This document shows, one piece after another, positions 41,122-50,924 of a stretch of 64,000 nucleotides of DNA (the stretch's first letter is position 1; every line of letters starts with the position of its first letter). The DNA is from Epiperipatus broadwayi (taxonomy: Eukaryota > Animalia > Onychophora): NCBI GenBank assembly GCA_028023455.1, contig JAQFVV010000003.1, forward strand, positions 19,530,001 through 19,594,000, in the 5' to 3' direction. The notes below the pieces were generated by a model. That model did not search any database, was not told the DNA's origin, and saw only the letters and a program-made list of their open reading frames with translations. A program made the translations under genes and the position numbers.

Positions 41122-41180
41122 ATGATCTGGACCAACTGATGAGTGCTCGTTCAGCATGAAATATGTACATTGGAGATCAT
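41122..41180 (+). ncRNA. Hammerhead motif, H1 copy 5 (U16.1 replaced by C)
   Basis: ATGATCT-GGA-CCAA-CTGATGA(41136-42)-GTGCT-CGTTC-AGCAT-GAAA(41158-61)-TATGTA-CA-TTGG-AGATCAT. Confidence 0.78.
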
Positions 41181-41689
41181 TTCTTTTCTTTGCATGTATG
41201 TGATCATGTGTATCAGTTGTATAAGATGGAGTTGATGACTAAAGAGAGCTTGAAAGTCTGGGTTCAAATTCCCTCTTACATTGTGAAATAAGAGTTTAAT
41301 TTATAACAAAATTAGAATTTTTTTTTGTTAAATGTCAAAAAATATAATTTGGTTATTTTAATTTAACTAAATAATAATTCATTTTAAAAAAATGCAATTA
41401 ATTTCTCATTTTAATTTTATTTATCAAGACTCTTTCTACTTAATATCCTAAAATTAAAAGCATCGCCTATATATAAACATATATACCCCCAAAATTTTCC
41501 AATCTGTAAAATTTTATTCAAACCATTGAATGTTTTGAATAGTTATTTCAGCCCAAATATTATAACTTTATAAATACATGCAAACATGTTATGGAAAAAA
41601 ATGAATATATACATTATGGAAATCACAATGTGGCATTTTGATTAGGTATATATTTACAGCATAGATGAGGGAAAATATATATATAAAAC

Positions 41690-41990
41690 TAACATTAACT
41701 TTTTAATGAAAGCCTTCATTGATTGTATAAATTTTTTGTGGCAATCCAATAAGCTTCTTGATTTAGAAGTATTTACAGTAGATCAATTGCATTATTGCTT
41801 CTTGTCCAAGACATACATATATTGCTTATTTCATCCTTGCAATATCTAGGCTTCCAAACTTAAAAAATTTTATCCAGATATTTTTCTTCAATTCATCATT
41901 TTATACCATAATACTATCTTTAAATGTATTTCAAAAAGTTCACAGTCTTCTACTCTGAAAAATCTGATATCAGCATGGTGTTGAATAATG
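41690..41990 (-). mobile_element. Small decayed non-LTR RT fragment, probably RTE-like
   Basis: Broken translation ...KKLIGLPQKFIQSMKAF resembles the RT 'LW..L.K.G.P.KFI.+IK' segment. Confidence 0.4.
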
Positions 41991-44900
41991 AAGCAATTAG
42001 AAAAAAAAAATCAATATCTAGGCTCTCACAGCCTATAAAAACTAATGCAGGTATGTTATGAATGCAAATTTAAACTTTCCCAACATGTATCAATGTATTA
42101 TCAAAGATAGTTACTGTTACTTAAAATTGCAAATTTATCACTTTTGCATTCAGATTTTCTTATATATATAGAAACATATAATTATTAGTAAAATTCATTA
42201 TCATCTGAAAATAATGTGTAATTTCATAAAATGGATTTCATAACATGATGGTTACATATGCTCCAGTTGTATTATGATTGGGGTTTGAGTCTAAGCTGTG
42301 ATGATCTTGAAACATTTATTTAGATGGTTTCAGATGATCAACATGTAATGAACTCAGCTAGTCATCCTGTACTGATTAATGTCATCATAAAATTATTAAA
42401 TTAATCTGAGTTGATCAGACAATATAGATTCATCAACTACAAAACTATTTCACCAATGGTAGAGGAGGTATCACACTTCAAACCTATCTTCTTCTTGCAG
42501 ATTATTTACAATTTTCAATGCTTCATTGCATTGTTTCCAAATTATCTTTAAGCATAATAATAGATTTCTGGACTCAAAAGTTTAACATCGTAACATTAAC
42601 TCTCAATTGAATGAAGTAATAATAATAATAAAAATCTCAGTTTGGGCATGTGAATGAGCAGTCAATTAATGTTTGGATAGAAAAACATCAATATGTCCTC
42701 TTCAACAACTAAACATTTGATTATTATTATTTTCAAAATTATATGATCACACTGACCTAATTTACTTAAGTTACAGTTGATAATCATTATATTATTTATC
42801 TAGGGTTATCATTAATAATTTCTTCAAATCTGTCATCTAATAAATTTTTTTGTTATTTCTATATATTTCTATACATTCATATGATCTATCTTTACAGCTT
42901 CATTTTAAATTTATGTGGTGAGATATTAATATAATAAATTTGATATTAATAAATGTTATTGCATCTCCATTGTTTAATAAAAGCTCAATAATAAGAAAGG
43001 GATCCTGAAAATATTAAACAAACTAGTTTTCTCCTGCATAATTACCCTTATTAATAAATTCTATAAAACCAAAAGCAATCTAGTAAATTACATTTATTCC
43101 ATTTTTTAACATTTCATATTACTTTGATCTATATTAGTAAGAAAACTTTGTTCCTGGGCTTTTATAAATTTATGAATTCTTTGGATTTCAAGAATACATT
43201 TTTTTTTTTACTTCTTCATTATGAACTCAAACTCTTATAAAAATATAAATAAATAAATTTTATAATTTACAGTTTGTAATAAACAAATTATAAAATTATG
43301 TATTATAAATATTTCTGTATACTCAATACATTTATTTTACAATTTTTAACTTTACAATACATGAACATTTTTAACATTGGTAAAAAAAAAAACAACTAAT
43401 TATACAATTAATTAAAAAATAAGTAAAAAAACTAATTTACTTTTACTAATTAAGCAATTAAATTCATCAATTCATAAATACCTTTTGCTCTTAACTTTGT
43501 AAATGTGTATAGTGACTAATTTATTGAAGACAAAAGATTAAAGATCATCTTTAAATTTTTGTTTTGATAACTGAAATTTTTTAATAATAAATTGCCAAAT
43601 TAACAATGTTCTACCCTCATTTGAAATTTCAATATAAAAATTAATATCAATTACAATTAGGAAAAAAATGTTAGTAAGCTTATAAAATATATTAACATAA
43701 CTAAATATGAACTTTAAAAAAATATTAATAAATCCATAAAACATATTAACACAGCTAAATATGAAATAAGATAAACAGGATAAGAGACAGAAGCTGATTT
43801 TAAAAATAATAATGACATAGAAGAATAAATGGTCTTTGAAACTTCTTCGATCATTCATAGACAATACTGAATCCAAAAGTCAAAAGATTCATCACAGAAT
43901 GACATCAAACAGACTTACAATAAAAAGCATGGAGGGGGGGGTGTCTTTAGATTTAAGAACCTATTAGAAAAATAACATCAAACTATTTAAATATCAAATC
44001 TGAAACTCTCCATGGAAATAAAAACTAGCCTTGAAAAGACTAATCACTTTAATATTGATAACATTTTTTGAAAATACAATGGATAATAAATTAAATGAAC
44101 ATGTGAATAGGCAATAAAAATGAGATTTGAACTCTTGCTTGAATCATAATTATGGTTGTATTATGAGATATCTAATTCATTACAATATAAAATGTTTGAC
44201 AAGATTAGCAGTACAAAAGCAAAACAAAAATAAGATGGACTTATTTGTCATCATAATAATAAATATGCTATTCAGAATACTAAAAGTCCAAACTACCAAT
44301 AATTATTCTGGAGAGATTCCACCATGTTTGGAAGTTAATGCCAACTTGATAGCACTTAGAAATAATATTTCAACAACTTATCATAAAAAAAATACAATAA
44401 TATTCTAGAATACTAGATTGTTCGCTGAACATATAATATGTTTTGAAATATTAACGAAAACAAGAGTGTGTTAAATATTCTGAATTTAATAGTATTTTCT
44501 GTTGTTCCCTTTAGAGATATGCTAAAACAGACTTCTTTTTTTATCAATGTCAGGAATTTGAACTAGTAAGCCCTCAAAAATCTGCTAGCCATCATATTTG
44601 TCCTTTTATTACCCTAACTCAAACTACCTTTAAAATTATTTACATTCTTTCCCACTTCTACACTATTATCTTTGACCATTCAATAACTTTATTATTATAG
44701 TTATCCTTATTATTATCCAATCCTTAAATAAAAAATAAAAAACTCACTTTAGGAATATTCAATTATTCTATACTTATATTTCTAAACTCATTATTTGCAT
44801 TTTTTCTGATTGTGATGGTATTCTTGATAGTTATATCAATTAAACACTGTTAGTATCTTTTTATCAACTCTAAAAGTAACAGTGTAAACAATAAATAATA

Positions 44901-46064
44901 TGAGTGGATTCAAGTAAGTGTACAATCAGATTTTTATAACTGGTTTCTATATAAATAACCTTTTTTCTTTTACTATTAATCACTATGAACATTATAAATA
45001 TATATTATACATTATATTTTATCATAACTCAAATTATCATTTTCAGCTTGGTCATTTGTATTGTGATTGATTATCTACTCAATTTTAATTTTTTTTTGAA
45101 GGGACTAATAATTTTTCTAACCTACTTTTTTCAGTAGACATTTTTCACATATTAATTTTAGAAATTATTTCATCTTCAACTAATTGATTTTTCTATTTTT
45201 AAATATTTGATGAAGAGGGGAACTTTTCACTGTAATCCCATTCAGTGTTAGTCATTAGTAAATTTCATAATTTCTGTATCTATTATTTTTGATGTGATTC
45301 CAGTAATGTGTAAACTATCAGCAACTTCATTTTGACTATTTTAAGATGAGTTAGCTGTTGTCTTCATCTTCTTACTTTTTATCATCTTCATATTTATTTA
45401 TAAACTAGACTTTGAAATATAGCTAATAAAAATTTTAAATTCAAAGTGTTTTAAGAAATAGCAAGTGTTGGTGACTATCCTAAATGATATACCAGAATGT
45501 AAAATACTTATCCAAACCTTGTTTAGCATGTCTGTTCTGCAAAGTACATAAACATACACACCCAATATTTTTAATTGTAATAAAAACACATTATGCGAAG
45601 TTAAAAAATGCTTAGATTGCTTTTCTTATGAATTTTAATTTACTGATGGTTTCTCATGAAACCTAAAAATAAATCTGCAATTTGCTTTATTAGTATTGAA
45701 AAATTTTACAGCTTATCACTGCTTTCGACCAGATCAGTCATATTCACAGAACTAATATAAGTTTATATAAATAGAATTTAGAAGTTAAATAATTTATATA
45801 CCATTTACATGATAAAGCAATGCACGAGTCTTTCTTGTTTATTGTGTTGATGTTATTTGAACTAAACCATACCTCATTATATTTTTTTTTTCAATCATTG
45901 TGCTCAGAGCAAATGACTTTAATATTAAGGTGATTGAAATTGTGGAATCTGTTTTAGCATGTTTGTATATATATATATATGTCAACAGATGGCATTCTAC
46001 CAAAAACACCATCAAGCGTTTGTTTACATAAATGTTAGAGCATGCATTCACTATCTCTAACTTT

Positions 46065-46120
46065 AATTCCACTTTCAGATCATGATTTCAAGCTATTTAC
46101 TATCGTCGGTGAAAGGAATT
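46065..46120 (-). ncRNA. Hammerhead motif, H2 left copy (U4 replaced by C; probably inactive)
   Basis: CTTTCA-CCGACGA-TAGT-AAATA-GCTT-GAAA-TCATGA-TC-TGAAAG-T-GGAATT. Confidence 0.75.
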
Positions 46121-46660
46121 TTAGAAACTAGATCTAAACACAAACTCTGAGCATTTATGAAACAGTTTCTATTCAGCTTGCAAGCATGAATCTTTTAGAC
46201 ACCTAATGTCTTCAAACTCAGCATAGCAAGCCAGATAGCTACATGGGTCTGATCTCAGTTCAACATCACCACATAGTAGAAGCCTCTGCAATATATATCA
46301 TTGCTAGAAAGACCTCAAAGGTACATTTATGAAAAACAAAAAACAAGTTAAAAACTTGCTAACGCTTGTATTTATGTCAACAGATGGCGTTCTACCAAAA
46401 ACACCGTCAAGCGTTTGTTTACAAATGCTTGACGGTGTTTTTTGTTTTTCATAAATGTACCTTTGAGGTCTTTTTAGCAATGATATATATTGCAGAGGCT
46501 TCTACTATGTGGTGATGCTGAACTGAGATCAGACCCATGTAGCTATCTGGCTTGCTATGCTGAGTTTGAAGACATTACGTGTCTAAAAGATTTACGCTTG
46601 CAAGCTGAATAGAAACTGTTTCATAAATGCTCGGAGTTTGTGTTTAGATCTAGTTTCTAA

Positions 46661-46720
46661 AATTCCTGTCTTTCACTGACGATAGCAAATAGCTTGAAAT
46701 CATGATCTGAAAGTGGAATT
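46661..46720 (+). ncRNA. Type-I hammerhead ribozyme with complete core; predicted cleavage after C46707 (AUC)
   Basis: AATTCC-TGT-CTTTCA-CTGACGA(46676-82)-T-AGC-AAATA-GCT-T-GAAA(46696-99)-TCATGA-TC-TGAAAG-T-GGAATT. Stem I is 6+6 bp with an internal loop. Confidence 0.88.
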
Positions 46721-47413
46721 AAAGTTAGAGATAGTGAATGCATGCTCTGACGTTTATGTAAACAAACGCTTGACGGTGTTTTTGGTAGAACGCCATCTGT
46801 TGACATAAATACAAGCGTTAGCAAGTTTTTAACTTGTTTTTTGTTTTTCATATATATATATATGTTATGCTAATCTTGTAGCGCTGTTGGCATAAGACTC
46901 AACATAGTAAATTGCATTACATGTTGGGTTGGAGATAATTTATCTTTAGTATTGTTCAGCACTTGATTAAGGTTAGGAGGTGTTCTAAAACTAATATTGA
47001 ATTCGTTTGAAAAGATTGTATTCATCTTTTTAGATATATGTGGTACAAAAGGAAGGCCAATCCATGAATTAATATTGTTATTAATGTTCCTGGTATTTAA
47101 AGATTAATAAAAAAAATTAAGAATTTTATTTAATAGATTAATACTATATCTTGAATTGACTAAGTCTTTTATAAATTTTCAATACTGTCTTTTCTTTCTG
47201 CTTTAAACTTGCATAATTTATAGTTTCTATACAAAATACATTTGAAGCCAGCCAATTTATGTGAAATTGTTAATGGGTTTTATAATCATTTTGTAAATTA
47301 TTTATGCATTTGAATGTTGAATATACATACCTAAAAACTTTACACCATTAGATGTATCTTCATTTTCTATAGTCCAAATTAAAAAAGATAATTGACATAA
47401 CTCATACTGTATA

Positions 47414-47614
47414 TCAATAATTGTTTGGTTTTTTTAAGCATAGAACATCGTCTACATAGTGCATATACAAAGATGATACTGCTGTAGCAAACGTTTTTGG
47501 AATGACTGGTAATTCAAATTGGTTCAGTCCTATACTACAAACTATTCCACTTAATGGTAGCCCATAAGCCATTCTATGCTTTATTGTATAAAATTCTCCG
47601 TTGAAAAGAGTCAT
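47414..47614 (-). pseudogene. Penelope-type reverse transcriptase fragment with YVDD motif
   Basis: ORF track: MTLFNGEFYTIKHRMAYGLPLSGIVCSIGLNQFE...LYMHYVDDVLCL. Confidence 0.9.
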
Positions 47615-50600
47615 AATGTCCCCATTAATGGCGTTTTCAATAAATAATTTTATACAATGAACATGGATGGCCTATGGGATTAACATTAAGTGGAATAATT
47701 TGTAGTATAGTACTGAATCAATTTGAATTAGCAGTCATTTCAAAAAAGTTTGTTACAACAATATCACATGATTTTTTTATTTATGCTGAAGAAAAAACAA
47801 TTATTGATATATGAGATAAGTTATATCAATTATCTTCTTTAGTTTGTACTATAGAAAATGAAGTTAGATCAAATGATGTAAAATGTTTAGATATGTATAT
47901 TCAACATTCAAATGCACAAATAAATTGTAAAATGATTATAAAACCCATCAATGTTCGTGGTGTAATTTATCCGGATCCATATATTCCAATTTCACATAAA
48001 TTGGCTGGCTTCAAATGTGTTTTGTATAGAAACTAAAAATTTTGCAAGTTTGAAGCAGACAGAAAAAAACAATGTTATAAAAGACTTAGTCAATTCAGAG
48101 TATAATATTAATCTATTAAATAAAACTTTTAAAAAATTCTATTCATCTTTAAATACCAGGAACATTAATGACAATATTAATGCATGAATCAGCCTTCCTT
48201 TTATACTGCATATATCTAAAAGGATAAATACAATCTGCTCAAATGAATTCAATATTAGTTTTAGAACCCCTCCTAACCTTAATCAAATGCTGAACAATAC
48301 TAAAGATAAATTATCTCCAAACTAAGCTTACCATATTTGAACCAATATGTAATGCAATTAATGCAATTTCGCACATTGCGCTACAAGATTAGCACAATAC
48401 AAATATATATACAAAGTACTAAAACAAACCCCAATATTAAATCTATATTTTTAGAACATAAAATCGAGTCTGGCAATGATCGAAAAGAAAATATAAAGAG
48501 GCATGGTTTATTGCAAATAACATCAACACAATAAACAATAAAGATGTAAATGGTATATATAAATTATTTAACTTTAAATTTTATTTATAAAAACTTATAC
48601 TGGTTCTATGAATATGACCGACCTGGTCTAAAACAATGCAAAGCTGTAAAATTTTTAAATAAATTTATAATCTTTCGAGAATAGTGTACCTTCATTATTA
48701 TTTTTTATATTCAAATTAAAAAAGTAATTTAAATAAGTTATATATTAGTATTGGTTATCTATGAGTGAATTCCTTTAATTTTGTTCCTAAAAGGTAGAAA
48801 AGCCTTGAATGTATCCTCACATCTTAAATGGAACTAGAACTAGCTTACTGCAGAATAAATATTCCTCATCAGACTAGTCAACTATAGATTAATGGAAGTT
48901 GTTATCCTATCTGTTTTATCAGTTTTATCATATAACGACATATAGATATTCATTTATAGACCAACCTTTGGATATTTAGTTGAGATGGCTATGACAATTA
49001 TCTGAATAAAAAAAAATCAAACTTAATGGGCCATCTATTGTCGTTTGACATATAAGTAGTAATTCTTAGTGAGAAATTTAGCAATCTTGTTCCAAATGTA
49101 GTACTACATGTTTTTTTCTTTGAAATATGAAAGAAAAAAATCAACATAAAATATGAGCCAAGGCCTGCATTTACATTGCTAGATTTAGCAGAGTAGAAAC
49201 TGATGATAAATAAAAATAGCTACCTTTCGACATTTAAATGTTCTTAAAACTGTCTCTAATGATGTCATAAGCTATATAATATCATCTCTACTAATTTACA
49301 GTGCTCTTTTGATAATTGTTTTACTATCTCTGCACAAAGACAGTGGAGTGACAAGCTAATAGAATACAAAGACAAAGCTATAACACACACGAACACATAT
49401 ATAGTGTAATATTCCCAGCCTTAAAAAAAAAAGCTTTTTCAGGTTTATTTAACAAATAGCACAATATTTTGAACTTTCGGATTCAATTGTTTAAATAGAT
49501 TCTACTGCACTAAAATGTTTGACTCAGCTAACATTAATCACTAGAAAATTGCCATTAGAGCAGAATGTTTTGTTTGCAAATTAAAAGTAAAATGCTATGA
49601 AATAACAAAGAGTTTTAAAATATTATTTTTCTTTCCTACAAAAATAAAATGCAATAAAAAAAAATAGGGTGTTCACAAATATATTGTTTAATTTATGTAA
49701 TAAGTTATAGATGATCTGTTTCCTGCATAATATAACAGAAATAAAATTTGGGATTGTGGTTAAATATTGAAAGTTAATGATTAATTTGATGCTAATGATA
49801 GAAATCATTAATAAAAATCCAGTCATCAAGAGATTAAACACAGGCTGATACAAATTGTAATAAAAAGCTTAGCAAAGTGTTTTTGGATATAAAAAAAATA
49901 AAGATTGAACAATTCAGTAGTGAATCTACAGATATAAAAGTTGGAAATTATGATACTCATGAAGACTGTTTAGATTGTCATGATCAATAAATAAATCTGA
50001 CAAATTGATCTGAACTTTTGTTTGAAGCACAAACAATCTATTTTAAGATTGCATTATTAAACCATATTATAAGCAAGTCAAATTCACTCAGTACACAATA
50101 ATCAAAAACAATGAAAAACATAGAGAACAACAAACAGTATAAATGAATTTCCTCACTACAATAACAGATGTAACATTGTAGAGCCTGAAAGTCAACAAAT
50201 TATAAGCCTTTCAGAAAAAATCCACTCATATGCTCACCAAAAGTTGACATCAACTGGTTAAATCTTAATAATTGCTAATCTGAAAAACTACACACATAAA
50301 GTCACTGTGTTAGTCTGCTATTTAATGACCTGGACATGGGAATTTATTTAAGCAATGGAGGGACCCCCACACACACACACAATGTTTTCAATATGATGTT
50401 CCATATTATGAACCCAGAATGTGCCTGGTAATTTTGGAGAAAAAAAAACAAAACTAGCCAATCATCATAAATATATAAACAAACTCATTTGGAGAATAAG
50501 GATAATTTAATATGATAATTATTAAATTGTTCTAGAAAGTGGATCCTTAAAATTTTTAAGAGAATCATTCAATGTTAAGTTAGTACAATAATGTGTCTGA

Positions 50601-50924
50601 ATTGGTTTTTTTTAATAATGCTTTTATATTAACTTGTTCTGTCTGTGTTCTGTCAGTATATCCACATTTTTGAATTAACAATGAAAAAAATCTGTCCCCA
50701 TTTACTGCTCACATTCTTAAGCTTCCCAAAAAAAACTCCTTAGCAACTGAGCCAACAGAAATCATTATACAGTATTTATACAATAAAATTTTGTTAACAT
50801 TGATTTGATTCATACTTAATTAATTAAAATAATATATTTGTTAATACTGATTTAATTCATATTTAATTAATTAAAATAAAATAATATATGAGATTGAAAC
50901 ACTATATTGGTAGAATAAAATTTT

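Larger units (their letters stand above)
40190..41285. mobile_element. Second H1 locus: two tandem units (-) joined head-to-head to a partial unit (+), axis ~40975
   Basis: gaccacatacatgt recurs at ~40280 and ~40762; 40993-41285 is the reverse complement of the left units; three HHR motifs. Confidence 0.9.
45978..46851. mobile_element. Young palindromic retrozyme-like element (family H2, ~400-bp unit) inserted in a (TA)n run inside the Penelope left arm; axis ~46421
   Basis: The arms are near-identical reverse complements; atgaaaaacaaaaaac recurs with ~400-bp period; (TA)n at 45966-45979 and 46851-46862. Confidence 0.92.
45697..48662. mobile_element. Penelope-like element remnant (RT C-terminal half, thumb, GIY-YIG endonuclease, 3' region) as a head-to-head inverted duplication, axis ~47625
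   Basis: Left arm (-): FNGEFY..K..MAYGLPLSGIVCSI.L..FE...YMHYVDD. Right arm (+): PISHKLAGFKCVLYR, FNISFRTPPNLNQMLNNTKDKLS, RKENIK/EAWFIANNINTIN. The arms are diverged reverse complements. Confidence 0.9.

Noticed and set aside
48832-48880. Possible minus-strand hammerhead CTGATGA-GGAAT-ATTT-ATTCT-GCAG
   Set aside because: No GAAA after stem II. The segment is equally explained as a chance match or as a 33-nt exon candidate (LTSLMRNIYSA|gtaagc).
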